Positions 1 to 12,135 of a DNA stretch of 64,000 nt are shown here, one piece after another; the stretch's first letter is position 1; each line of letters starts with the position of its first letter. A model generated the notes under the pieces. That model saw only the letters and a list, made by a program, of their open reading frames with translations. It made no database searches and was not told the origin of the DNA. The position numbers and the translations under genes are program-made. Source of the DNA: the human T2T-CHM13v2.0 reference genome, Homo sapiens; NCBI RefSeq assembly GCF_009914755.1, contig NC_060944.1. The stretch is one strand, 5' to 3'.

Positions 1-194
1 AAAAATTGAGATTCTCTTTCCCTGGTTGTGTAGCTCAGCTGGGTCCTAGTAGCTCTGATCTCTGCCAAGATGTTTTTAGGATTTCCTTTCAGAAAATGGC
101 AGTTACTGGGACCACCCACCTATCCTGGGATGCAAAGAGATGTAGCTACTTGAATACAGAAAACAAAATTACAACTGAACTTTTCTAAAATTTA

Positions 195-510
195 CTATTT
201 ATTTAGTTTTTTTTTTAACTGACACATAATAATTGTACATATTTATGGGATACATAGTGATGTTTTGATACATACAGCATGTAGTGATCAGATCAGGGTA
301 ATTAGCATATTAATCTCTCAAACATTTATTATTTCTTTGTGTTGGGAACATTCAGTATCCTCCTCCTAAGCTATTTGGAAGTATGGAATATATGATTGCT
401 AACTGTATCATCCTACAGGGCTATAGAACACTAGAACTTATTCCTCCTATCTATCTGTAATTTTTTATCCTTTAACAAGTCTCTCCCACCCTTTCTCCCA
501 TACTTCCTTT
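195..510 (-). mobile_element. L1MA-type LINE-1 3' end fragment
   Basis: T-rich tail followed by aattgtacatatttatggga...gatcagatcagggtaattagcatat...ctagaacttattcctcctatct, typical reverse L1MA 3'UTR. Confidence 0.75.
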
Positions 511-544
511 CTGATTCCAGTTGTAGCCTCACAACTACTCTGTG

Positions 545-1505
545 TGTAAAGAATGACAATTGCTCCCCTTTTAAAGATGAGGACACTGAGGGTTAAAAAA
601 GCTAGGGAACTTTTGTTGGTTTGCACAGCTAGAAAGAGGCCTTCCCTGACCCCCTTGAAGAGGTAACCTGCGGTTCCCTCAGTTGCTAGCCACGTTGCTC
701 TATTTTCTTAACATCACCAATCACAGTGTGTAATTATTGCCTTATTTATTTGTTCGCTACTATGGTAGACAGCCTCCTCACTTCTCAGTAGTCATGCCAT
801 TTTGTAGTCTCCTCCCATGTTGAGTCATGCTGGTCTGTGTGACTAATAGAGTGTATGGCTGAGATGGTGATGTTTGATTTCCAGTGCTAAGTTATAAAGG
901 GCATTGCAGCTCTGCTTTGCTTAAGGAAGCCTGCTGCCATGTCATGGGGATGCTCAAATATCCCATGGAGAAGCCCACATTAGCAGTAACTGGGTCTCCT
1001 ACTAACAGCCAGCATCAGCTTGCCAGCCATATGAGTGAGCCACCTTGGAAGTGGATTCACCAGCCCCATCAAGCCTTCAGATCACTATAGCCCCAGGTGG
1101 CTCAAAACACAATCTTATGAGAGACTCCAAGCCAGAACTGCCCAGCCAAGCTACTCCTGAGTTCCTGACCAACTTGTGATCCCACTTGAGATATGGAATT
1201 AAAAATGTCAGAGATAACAACTGTGTATTGTTGTTTGAAACAAGTATTGCATAATTTTCTATACATCAATAGATAGTTAAGATACTTGCTCATCTATTTC
1301 CATGGATAGACTGTAAACTCTGTGAAGGCAGGGCCCCTGTCTCTCTCACCACTCCCACATCTAGAAAAATGTCAAGCACACAGCAGCAACTTAACAAAAT
1401 ATTTAGTGAATAAATGAAACACTCAAAGTAGTAGTGAGAGGATTAGAATCTTGATGCTCTCATCTCACCTTCTAGCATTTTCCCACAATACTGTATTGCC
1501 TCTCT
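545..1505. mobile_element. MIR (-) split by an L2 3' end (+, ~640-1418), itself split by an MLT1 LTR
   Basis: MIR core ttttaaagatgaggacactgagg at ~570 resumes at ~1430. L2 3' motifs agactgtaaactctgtgaaggcaggg and aatatttagtgaataaatgaa at 1305-1418. Confidence 0.6.
760..1283 (+). mobile_element. MaLR LTR, MLT1F-like
   Basis: gccagccatatgagtgagccaccttggaagtggat...ccagaactgcccagccaagctactcctgagttcctgacc, MLT1F-type body. Confidence 0.75.
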
Positions 1506-1974
1506 TCCCTTGCAGAGTGGAGCCACATAGCCACCTGGGGGGTGGGCTTTTTCCTGTTGCCTACAGAGCAATTCATAGTTAATTAAACCATTGAATAAAC
1601 AGAATAAGGGAGGATTTAAAAGTAATGAGCTGACAGCCCAGTGTGCATTATGCTGGGCTGAAAAGAGAATTTAATTTAGAGAAGAATTATGCACAGGCAA
1701 AAGAGCAGTCCGTTAAAACAAAGCAACTGTCTGGAAAGAGATAAAATAAAAATAGGTTCTGCATCCTGTGAAATAAATAGCAAAACCACACACATTTGGG
1801 GCACTTTGGAATCCTCAGAGCTGGGATCTCATGCAGAGTGGGACAGGGAAACACTGGGCAATGCAGGCAGGAGGGCAGAAGTGGTTTCCTCCAGTTCTCC
1901 TGTGTGGGTTGCAGGAGGTGTCTTGCTGGAGCATAGTTCTTGTCATAGGATTTTTTTGCTCACAACCCACTTGG

Positions 1975-2755
1975 AGCTTCCAAAGAGCAGCCTCGAGTGT
2001 TTGATCCAAGGATTCAAGGGCTAATATTTTATTGAGAGGTGTAAGGAACTTGAGTGGATAAGAAGGGAGGTAATCCAGGGAAAGAAAGGCCGAAAATAAT
2101 GAACCCTTAATCCAGCTACCACAGTGGCAATTGGAGCTTAATCCCCTGGGGGAAAACACGGAGAGACTTTTAAAACACACATCTCAGATTTATCCCAGAC
2201 AAAGGGTGAGAGAGCTGAGGTACTTATACTCCCATACCCATCAATCATTAGTTGAGGGCTGCTGTATGGGCCAGGTAGGTGAGTGATACGGTTTGGCTGT
2301 GTCCCCACCCAAATCTCATCTTGAATTTTAGCTCCCATAATTCCCCTGTGTTGTGGGAGGGGCCTGGCGGGAAATAATTGAATCATAATGGCAGTTCCTC
2401 CCATACTATTCTCATGGTAGTGAATAAGTCTCACGATATCTGATGGTTTTATAAGAGATTTACACTTTTGCTTGGTTTTCATTCTCTCTTGTCTGTTGCC
2501 ATGTAAGACATGCCTTTTGCTTTCTTCCATGATTGTGAGGCCTCCTCAGCCACGTGGAACTGTGAGTCAGTTAAACCACCTTTTTGTTATAAATTACCCA
2601 GTCTTGGGTATGTCTATCAGCAGCATGAAAATTGACTAATACAGTGAGCAAAGTGGCATACCCTGTAGGCAGGCCTACGATAAAGATGCAGGTGTGTCCT
2701 CTGTTGTGCACGAAATCGTAAGGGGGTCTGGAGGATTATGGGCAGAGCATTGAAA
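1975..2755 (-). mobile_element. ERVL LTR16C-like solo LTR interrupted by THE1
   Basis: caaggattcaaggg...ggagcttaatcccctgggg...atcaatcattagttgagggctgct, resuming after 2648 with gatgcaggtg...gcacgaaatcgtaaggggg. Confidence 0.65.
2284..2643 (+). mobile_element. THE1B-like MaLR solo LTR with 5-bp TSD GTGAG
   Basis: Starts tgatacggtttggctgtgtccccacccaaatctc, ends gactaataca. GTGAG at 2279-2283 and 2644-2648. Confidence 0.92.
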
Positions 2756-3351
2756 AATTATTTTCCACCATCCCAATTCCTCAAGAACTCTAAAAATTTG
2801 GCCCCTGGACCCCCAGATTCCAAATACCCAAGAGGTCCTCTTTGACTTCTTATTACACACCTCTGTCCCAGTATAAAAGTCAGTTCCCAAGTTCTGGCAT
2901 TTTTCCATCAACTTTCACATACTGTTCATTCTCACTATCTTAATTCATTTACCTAGATTATTCATTCACTCTGCCAATAATATTTGCTGCCCTCTCAGCT
3001 AGGTGCTATATTTGATTCACAAAGTGAGCAAACACAGATGTGGAGGTCACAGACTGGCCTTTAGAATCCATATTAACTTGTTAACATGTTCCCATAAAAA
3101 ACAACTTGTAGTGCAGGACTACCCCAAACTCCTCAACTGTGCAAAGCACCCCATTATGGTAAGTGCTAGGGGGAAGAGTTTGTAACAGGCTGATCTAATC
3201 TCATCTTGGGGTATCCAAGAAGATTTCTCCAAAGAAATGATGTTTAACAGATAAAGAAAATTATCCTGATTCTGATGAAAAATTATGTAATTGGTTGTTT
3301 AATATCTGCCACACCTTACTGAAAGCTCCATGAGAGTAGGGATCATGCCTG

Positions 3352-4918
3352 TATTAAAGAAAAAATAAAAATACAGAGATGTTGGGAGGCCAAGGCAGGT
3401 GGATTGTCTGAGCTCAGGAGTTTGAGACCAGCTTGGGCAACATGGCAAAAACCGCTTTCTACTAAAAAAACAAAACAAAAAAACAAAAAATACAAAAAAT
3501 TAGCCAGGCACAGTGGTGCACACTCGTAGTCCCAGCTACTTGGAAGGCTGAGGCATGAGAATTGCATGAACCTGGGAGGCGGAGGTTTCAGTGAGCTGAG
3601 ATCGTGCCACTACACTCCAGCCTGCGCGACAGAGCAAGACTCTGACTCCAAAAACAAAAACAACAACAGAAAAAACAAAAATGAATCTGCGAATTTAACA
3701 TTTTATTTGGGAATCACAGAGTTGCAATTCAGGGCATATGCACAGACAGGAGGTCTTTGGTATGTCTGAGGAAAAAAGGAAATGTTGGGGGTTGTATTAA
3801 AAAAAGAAATGTTATGTATTCTCTTGAAAGGCAAGAGAATTGGCGCTAGAGAAATTTTGAGAGCTGGCAAGCTCTGACTAGCGAGTGATGGTGGTAGGTA
3901 AAACTAGTCTCAGAGTCATAGCACGTCATTTCAGCAGATACTAGGTGAAACTGGTCTTAGGGTTACAGCGGTCATTTCAGCAGCTGGGCTTGTGGAATAT
4001 TCCATTTCTTGGAGCAGGTGCTATGTGCCCCAAGTCCTTTCCCCACCTGGCCTCTCTACTCTGATTTAGTTGGCTACGACAAGAATGACCCAATTCATGC
4101 AGTCAACTTTCACATTTCCTCCTTTTGATCGAGATCTTTTTATAAAAGCATTGCTTGTGAATCATCTTGAACTTAGGCTTAATTGTTTCTCAGTGCCAGG
4201 ATGCACTTTTCCTGGCTGTCTCTGTCCCACACTGGGGGGAAGGCATGGGGGCTATGTAAGGCACCCAGGTCACATTTGAGTAATAAAGAGGCCAGAAGAA
4301 AAACTTTTTGTCTTAAGTCAGGTTTGTCTGGGGTGTCCCAGGGAAGCAGGGAAGGGGCTCAAAGGCCCTGAGTGTGGATTCTGCATGCCATAGCACCAGG
4401 GGCCAGTGATTTCCCTGAGGTGAATCAGCTTTGAGTCTCACTTCTGACACCAAGTAGGTCAAAGTCAAAAGTACACAAAAAAGTCTCTAAACTTAATGTT
4501 TTATTTGGGAATTACAGAATTGCAATTTGGGGCATTCATACAGACTGAGTGGTCTTTAGCATATCTGAGGAACAAAGGAAAGGTTGGGGGTTTTATTAGA
4601 AAGAGAAATGTTCCATATTGTTCTGAAAGAAAGCTCATTGGCACTAGAGAAGCTTTTGGGAGCTGGCAGGCTTTTATCTGGTGATTGAGGGTGGCAGGTA
4701 AAACTAGTCTTAGAGGTATGGAAGGTTGTTTCAGCAGATACTAGGTACTAATGGTCTTACAGTTGTTACAGCAGGCCATTTCAACAGCTGGGCTTGTGGA
4801 AAATTCAATTTTTGGAGTAGGTTGTCATATGCCCTGAGTGCTTTATCCCCCTGGCCCCTCAACTTTGGTTTAGTTGGGTATGACCAAAATCACCCAATTT
4901 GTCTAATCAACTTTCACA
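3352..4918 (-). mobile_element. Miniature ERV1/MER4-group provirus: 5'LTR (~4457-4918), PBS-Leu, ~340 bp internal, PPT, 3'LTR (3352-4114)
   Basis: Two direct homologous LTR copies, both ending caactttcaca on +. Minus-strand TGGTGTCAGAAGTGAGAC at 4435-4452. Polypurine tract at 4115-4126. TSD CCTG at 3348-3351 and 4919-4922, inside an L2 3' end. Confidence 0.85.
3382..3680 (+). mobile_element. 5'-truncated Alu inserted in the 3' LTR of the mini-provirus
   Basis: tgggaggccaaggcaggtggat...gtagtcccagctact...cactccagcctg, with A-rich linker and tail. Confidence 0.95.
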
Positions 4919-5041
4919 CCTGTCTTCTTCAGTGCCATATCCCTGGTACCTAGCACAGTGTCTGGCACACAGAGAGTACTCAAATATTTGTTATACAATT
5001 GAAATGTTTAAAGTCCTACTTGGAAAAAAATAGTTACATAC

Positions 5042-6445
5042 TGTATTAGATTAGGTTAAGCTGAAGTAACAAATATAACCAAATATATAATTGTTCAACA
5101 CAATAGAATGTCTTTTTCAACTTTTTATTTTGAAATAAATTTAAATTTATAGATAAGTTTCAAGAATTGAACAAAAGAGTCATATACTCTCAACTCAGAT
5201 TCTTCAATTGTTATCATTTTACCATATTTGTCTTATTTTTCACTCTGTCACTGTATCATCATCTCTCTCTGTCTCGCTCTTAGTACAGTTTTTCTGAATC
5301 ATTTGAAAGTAAGTTGCAGATATCATGGCCAATAACTCCTAAATAATTCAATGTGTATTTCTCCAAAACAAAGACACTCTTTTGCATAGCCTCAGTAAAA
5401 ATGTAAAATCAAGGATATTAACATTGATATGGTGATACTATTCAATCTGCAGACTCATTTAAATCATGCCGGTTGCCTCGATAAATGTCTCTCATAAGCA
5501 CCCTTGTTTTTCTGGTCCAGAATTTATTCAGGGTCATGCATTGCATTTAGTTGTGATGTCCCTTTAGTCCTCTTCAATCTGAGGCAGTTCCTCAGGTTTT
5601 CCATGTCTTTCATGACTTTGACATTTTTGAGGAGTACAGACCAGATGCTTTCCGGAATGTCTTTCAGTTTGGCTTTGTCTGATATTTCTTCATGGTTAAA
5701 TTCTGATTATATGTATCTGTATATGTTAAAAACCATGAACTCACACTGATGCCTCCAATTCCAATCTAACTCCCAGCCTCCCTTTTTTCCATATTTGTAT
5801 CTCTCTTCTCTGACAGTAAGAAATCTGGCTTCCATTCTTCTCAATCTAGTCACTTAATTTCTCAATTCCCCTGTATATAATCAATCTCCTGATTATGCAG
5901 ACCATCTCCTTTGCCTTGATCCCTACACACTGGTCAGAATCATGGGCCATGTCCTCCTGCATTTCTTTGTGGGTCTTGCTGGACAAACTCCTCCCCACCT
6001 ACAGTCATACAGGCATGAGGATTCCAGGCCTTAATCTCCCTGTGGCCATGCAGGGTAAGGGGGCAGTAACATTGACTCCAGGCTCTGATGCTATTGCTAC
6101 TAGATGTTTATGTTTTGCTCACATAACAGTCATGGGCAGATGAAGAGTTTTAGGGGGTGGCCCCCTTCTCATGGTCATTCAGGCAGGATTCATTCTGATA
6201 GAGGCTCTGTTGCTTTCAACATGTGGCTTTCAGGACCACTGTGATACTTTCTCTCATTCTGCTGGAAGGAGAAAAGAGCATGGAAGGGATAGGTGGAAAG
6301 TTTCTATAGAATACTCTGAAAGCTGCAGGCATTCCTTCCACTTATATTCCATTGGCTAGAACTTAATCACATGGTCACACCTCACTGCAAGGAAGGCTGG
6401 GAAAAGTTGTCTAACTGTGTTTAGAAAGAAACAATGTATTTGCAG
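5042..6445 (-). mobile_element. Old MLT1 (J/K/L-like) LTR split by an L1MC-type 3' fragment (~5113-5900)
   Basis: tgtattagattaggttaagctgaagtaacaaa start. L1MC-like ttttattttgaaataaatttaaatttatagataagt. MLT1 resumes ~6100 (ccattggctagaacttaatcacatggtcacacctcactgcaaggaaggctggga). Confidence 0.65.
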
Positions 6446-6881
6446 CTTCAGTTTTAAAAGTAGAAGGATTTCATCCATGGGCTCCTAGTGTCTCTTTCTA
6501 TGTGTAGGGATATTTTCTCCCACTCTTAGATCCCAAATTCTTTCTCCTATTATCCTTTTTTCCTGTGAAGTTACAAGTATAGTTTAATATTGACAAATAA
6601 AGTGACAGTACACTTCTCTCCCTCCTTTTCCTAAACTTTCTCATCCATATTCTTTTTCTGATTAGGAACCACCACCTTAGTGGGGCTAAGATTTCAGAGT
6701 GGCCTCTGTGAGTTTTCACTGCAAACTTGCAACATTTTCCTATCAATGTCTCCCTCAAGAGGGGAGGCTCTTTAATCCGATGAATTCCTTGTGTTGGGAG
6801 GGTGTGCATGGAATGTTGCCTTTGGAATTGCCTTTTAACTTTATTTTCCTGGTTTAGGAAGCATGGAAAAGATATTGACAA

Positions 6882-7110
6882 TCTGGAATTGGGAGTTACA
6901 AAGTTCTGAGTTCAAACAGTGCAAAGCACTGTTCACTGGCTGTGTGACTCTGAGTGAGTTAATTCACTTTTCTGACTCTTATTTTCTTACCTTTAAAAAA
7001 TATAGTTCTTCATAGGGTTGCAGCAAGGATTAGATAACATAATATTAATAAAATGCTCAGCACAGTGCTTGGCACATGCTAAGCACTCAATTAAATTGTA
7101 GCAGCTGCTA
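6882..7110 (+). mobile_element. MIR SINE
   Basis: ggctgtgtgactctgagtgagttaattcacttttctgact...cagcacagtgcttggcacatgctaagcactcaat. Confidence 0.75.
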
Positions 7111-8549
7111 TTCTTCTTCCTCTTTCAGTTCATTTATTCTAAGAAGGTTGTTGGAATGTGCCACCCACACAGCATTCTAATATGTTGTTCAAATACATGG
7201 ATTAAAAGTTATGCTGAAAGCCATATTCTAACCTCTGGCAGGCAGTAATGACCTGTCCACAGCCATGGGCCATGCAAGCATGCACTCACCTGGACATGGG
7301 CAGGGGTCTGCACCAGGCCACTCTCCTTTCTGAGCACCGAGTGAAGGCATCACAGGATCCAGTTGCAGAGCAGGAGCGCAGCCTCCCTGCAGGGTCAGCA
7401 CCTGAGCAAAGGGTCTCCTAATCAAGTCTTAGGCAATTAAGAGGGCTCATTGTCCCTCTACATTGCTGGCTCATTAGAAGGTATATCTTTCAGGACACAT
7501 GAGAGGGCTCGGGCAGGGCAACGTCCTCCTATTGGACAGACCACTACTGCCAGTCTGGACTAGGCTCTGACAAGTCCCAAGGAGGTTGTCAAAACCTCCT
7601 CTGAACTGAGAACTGAGGACGGGAACCAGTGTTTCCCAACAATCAGCCATCTGAGCAGATCCTGCTCCTACCTTGGAGCTGGATCCTGTGTCTCTCCTCC
7701 TTGTCTGCTTCCCCCGTAACCTGGGGGAGAGAAGAGAAGGCTGAGAGAGGACGTGGAGAATGAGAATGCTAGTCCCTGTTGCCATGTGCATTAGCACATG
7801 CTGTGCTGGAAGTCTCCTTGCATCCTTGGGTGTAACCCATGAGATGTTCAGAGATCATGAGGTTGATTAACAGACTATATTCTGTTTACCTGGGCTGACC
7901 TCCTCAGCTTTGTGTGTAGGGGGAAAGAAAGGCCACTGTATTTGGTCCTGGCTTAATGGTGTGGTTTGGGCTGATGACTCACCTTTCCTCCATGCTGGGG
8001 GCTTCTGTGCAGACAAAGCGTCAGACAAATTAACCTTGTAGCCTGACTTGAAATTGCCTTGGCCACTGACAGTTATACTGAGCTGACTGCAAAGACAGGA
8101 TCTGCTGCTTTGTGAACCTGGCTGTGTTGCCATGGATACCACAATCCCGCTATCCCTCTGACTCTCTGGGGTTAGGAAGTATCCATTGGGAGTAGAGGGG
8201 CCACGCCAGGCTGGGGGAAGGGTGGGTAAAGTGGTGGATACCAGGTTTCAGGAGGTGAGATTAGGTGATGAACTGGGAAAACCCCACTTCCTGAGGTAGG
8301 AACTAAGTCCCCATTTTCAGCCGGGCTCAGAACTGAGTCCCTGGAACTCTTTCTTTTGGAGAGACTCCCTTCCCCACCGGATTCCAGAGCTGGCTGGGAC
8401 TAGGATAGTAGTGGTATTCGCCTAGCAGAAATCATCAGTTTAGCTTAGCCAAGGAAACTTTCAGCAGAATGGGATCCTGGATAACTGTAGCCTTCAAATG
8501 AGTCACTGGTAGCAGAGTAGCGGAAGGGCTTGTGGGCTGTGAGCTGTTC

Positions 8550-8700
8550 TGCCCTGACTTGGGCAAATCTGTACTCCAGTTCTCTTACCTGAAAAATGGA
8601 ATGAATAATCATAATGCAATTCCTGCTTACCTTATGAGGCTGCTGTGAAGGTGAAAAATTAATATTGGTGTGTGAACACACTTTATAAACTTTGCTACCC
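8550..8700 (+). mobile_element. MIR fragment
   Basis: tgacttgggcaaat...cagttctcttacctgaaaaatggaat...tacCttatgaggctgctgtgaag. Confidence 0.6.
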
Positions 8701-9059
8701 TCTGACATGGGTAATCTGCACTTGAGTGCCATGATGGTTGGTGGTGGTGGTCCCTGCCCCTGCTATAAATCCAGGTGCCTAATCTGGAGACTGAAGGCTA
8801 GCTTGATGCATCCTTCAGCTCCTGCTTTTCCTATTTCTATTTTCCTGTGTTATGGGCCAGCACCCCTACCCTCTCCTAAAGTATCAGCTCTGTCAGAGTT
8901 GGGGACCATGCCTCATCAATTTTTGCAGCTTGGTTCCCTCCACCCCTTTCCTACTCCGTGCCTCTCTGGGATGAGTACAGAACCTGATTCCTGGTGGGAA
9001 CATGCAAATCATTACACATGTAGCATTTAAAAAATTATCTCAATGTCTCTGGCTTTTGT

Positions 9060-9840
9060 CTTTTTGTGTTTGGGGGGCATTTCCAGAAGCAGATCCTGAG
9101 AAAAAGATTCAAGGGCAAGTAGTTTATTTAGGAGTTGATCCTAGGAGCCACCAGTAGATGAGTAGGGGAAGTGGGGTAGGGAAAAGAAGTCGAGTCCTGA
9201 TGGCCATCTTCTTTCCTCTGCACCCAGGGTTGGCAGACCAAGACCCATGGGCCCAATCCAGCCCACCGCCTGTTCTACAAATGAAGTCTTATTGGAGCAT
9301 AGCCAGTTCACGTATTTGTGTGTTGCCTGTGGCTGCTTTTATGCTACAGCAGCAGAGGTGGGGGAAGGTAGCAGAGATGGTATGACCCACAAGGCCTAAA
9401 ATCTTTACTATCTGTTTCTTTATGGAAAAAGTTTGCTGACCCTTGCTGTAAACAAAAAGCTCTAGACAAATGATTCCTCTATTTTAAAGAGGGGTCATCA
9501 GAATCCAGTTAGTAGCATGGTCCAGCAAGTTATCACCGTGTACAAAGTGAGTGGGGCTCATCCCTGCTGGGGACACTGGGAGCGAGTGTAGGGTATGCCT
9601 CAGTGTTACCCCACCCAAGGGGTGAGGGAGCAGGGACATTTATCTCTCAGTGCCCATCTGACCCAGGGCTGCTGAGGGGGACACTGAGTGCCAGGATTGG
9701 GCTGTAGTTCATAAGCTTCAGTGAATGTAAGGAGCACTTGGAGGTAGAGGGAGAACATGAGAAATGCAGATGCAGGCCTCCAACCAGGAACGGTCTCATG
9801 TGGTGGGTCAGAGGTGGGGGTGGAAATGTGCATTGCTAAG
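9060..9840 (-). mobile_element. ERVL LTR16C-like LTR interrupted at 9189/9505 by an inverted duplication
   Basis: ccagaagcagatcctgag...caagtagtttatttaggag...ggaaaagaag, then resumes collinearly at ccagtt...ggggctcatccctgctggggacactgggag...gagggagcagggacatttat. Confidence 0.7.
9225..9445. mobile_element. MER58A hAT-Charlie MITE (copy in left arm)
   Basis: cagggttggcagac...ggcctaaaatctttactatctg...aaagtttgctgacccttg. Confidence 0.85.
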
Positions 9841-9929
9841 AAGCCCTCTTTCACCCCGATGGGCAATTCTGATGGCCCCTCTTTAATTTAAGACAGAGGG
9901 ATCATTTGTCTAGAGCTTTTTGTTTACAG

Positions 9930-10151
9930 CAACGGTCAGCAAACTTTTTCTGTAAAGAAACAGATAGTAAAGATTTTAGGCCTTGTGGGTCATACAGTCT
10001 CTGTTGCCATCCCCCAGCTCTGCTGCTGTAGCATAAAAGCAGCCACAGACAACACGTAAACACGTGAATTGGCTGTGCTCCCGTAAGTCTTCATTTGCAG
10101 AAACAGGCGGTAGGCTGGATTGGGACCATGGGTCTTGGTCTGCCAACCCTG
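9930..10151. mobile_element. MER58A hAT-Charlie MITE (copy in right arm, opposite orientation)
   Basis: caacggtcagcaaactttttctgtaaag...ttggtctgccaaccctg. Confidence 0.85.
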
Positions 10152-10169
10152 GGGCTAGAGGAAACAACA

Positions 10170-10320
10170 GGGGCATCAGGATTAGATTCAGGTTTACATC
10201 CTAGCTCTGCCTGCTGACTAGTCGTGTGACTTTTAGGTGGGTCACTGACCTTCATTTTCTTCCTTTGGACAATACAGATAATAATTTCCATTCTCGAGAG
10301 TTGATTTGAGGAGAAATAGC
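10170..10320 (+). mobile_element. MIR fragment continuous with the right arm of the inverted repeat
   Basis: caggtttacatcctagctctgcc...tgtgacttttaggtgggtcactgacc. Confidence 0.55.
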
Positions 10321-11325
10321 ATATACATTACTACTGACACATTGAGGGGCTCACCCATGGCAGATTTCTCTACACCCCGCTCCTCTTCTTCCAGGCATGA
10401 GAGTCCATGCCTGCATACCTGATTAGCTTGGTGGTTAATGCACGAAGGGAGCAGGCTGAATTTATAAGCTTAGTTTCATGTGACTTCTCATAACTGCCAT
10501 GATCCAGGGCCACTGAGAAGACCTCCCTGGAGCAGGCCATCAGCTCTGGGTTTAACGGCAGGCAGAGAAGCTACAGGTGAGAAGAGCTAGGTTTGGAGTC
10601 TGATGGTGCCTAAGCTCTGAGCCACACACTATTCTACAAGAGTCTTAACTGCTCAGTTTGGCTCTGAGCTGCCTGGACAAGTGGGAAATTGTGTCAATGT
10701 CGTGATTCATAGAGGCCACATAGTAAACACAAACCAGCTGCTTAGGAGAGTGATGCTCTTCCTACTAATAAAAATGAGAGAGATTTCTCCTACAGGCTCT
10801 CTTTGTGAACAGGATTCTTAGCCCTGTCATCAGAGCAAAGACAATATTGGGTTCCATGGTGCTTTTTCTTAAGTCCCTTAGTATAAGGAAGTGGCTAAAT
10901 GCCAGAGTGCAGTTCAATAAAAACAATACTGTGAGGGCCAAAACAATGTGTTTCCTTTATTCTCTGATGGTATGGCTTAATTCAAAGGCAGCACTTAGAG
11001 TACCTGGAGGAATGGATAGTCTGACGCTTTCAGACACTCCTCCACAAATATTGAGCTCTTGGTGAGGTCTGAGTGGGAGCGAGCTGGAGGTCAGGTGTCT
11101 GGGTAGCCGCTATGCTATGAAGCCCATTAAGGGTAGAGCTGTGTGCTTTCGACTGTCCACTGTCCTGAGGGCAGCACTGATGGCCATTAATGAATGTCGG
11201 GGAACTTATCAAGGATTCATGCCTGAATATAATGCCACCCCATCTCCCAAATGAGATGGGCCTAGGGCAAATCTAGGAGCCAGATCAGGGTCTCGTACCA
11301 CCCCTATACTTTTAGTCTGGAAGGG

Positions 11326-11632
11326 TTTTTTTTTTTTGTTTTTTGTTTAACTAACTACCTTTTTCTATTTTTTTTTAATTTTTGTGGGTACATAGTAGGT
11401 ATATATATTTATGGGGTACCTGAGTTGTTTTGATACAGGTATGCAGTGTGAAATAAGCACATCGTGGAGAGTGGGGTATTCATCCCCTCAATCATTTATC
11501 CTTTGAGTTATAAACAATCCAATTACATTCTTTAAGTTATTTTAAAATGTACAAAAAATAATTAGAAAAGAATGAACGAGACCTACTTTTCTATAGCACA
11601 ATAGGGTAACTATAGTCAATAATAACTTAATT
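11326..11632 (-). mobile_element. L1MA2-like 3' end with 5' inversion (twin priming)
   Basis: Reverse 3'UTR (ttttgtgggtacatagtagg...ttaaaatgtacaa) to ~11553, then a sense piece ending aataacttaatt, which directly precedes it in the consensus. Decayed TSD ttagtctggaag / ttagcctgtaag. Confidence 0.8.
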
Positions 11633-12135
11633 AGCCTGTAAGACTTTTAATGGGGCTTATTAAATGTTCAGTTCAGTTCAGTCATAAAAGATTACAAAAT
11701 ATTCTAATTTCAAACAGCATAATCTTTCAGAGATCTTTTCAAGATAAATCGGTTTTAAAATATGTAAATGCATTGGCTTGTATCAGTTAGCTTTTACTAT
11801 GTAACAAACTATCCAAAACTTTAGCGCCTAAAATCAGTAACCATTTGCTTAGCTCACAATTTCACAGCTATGTAGGGCCCAGCTGAGCGATTCTTTTGGT
11901 CTCTGCTGGACTTAGTCATGTTTCTGCAGTTGACTGCCAGATTTGCTGGGAGCTGACTGGTCTATGATGGCCTCAGTTGAGATGGTTTGTCTTGTTTTAC
12001 ATAGTCCCTCATCCTCCAGCAGGCTAGCCCAGGCTTGTTCACATGGTGTCTGGGTAGGATTCTGAATAAAGGACTATGAAGGCTTCTTGAGGCCTCAGCT
12101 TGGAATTGGCACAGTTACTTGTACCACATTCTTTT

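Larger units (their letters stand above)
9190..10186. repeat. Long inverted repeat: arms 9190-9504 and 9866-10186, 361-bp spacer
   Basis: Arms are reverse complements over their full length, including non-transposon flanks (aaacaaaaagctctagacaaatgat / atcatttgtctagagctttttgttt). Roughly 85-90% identity by eye. Confidence 0.95.
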
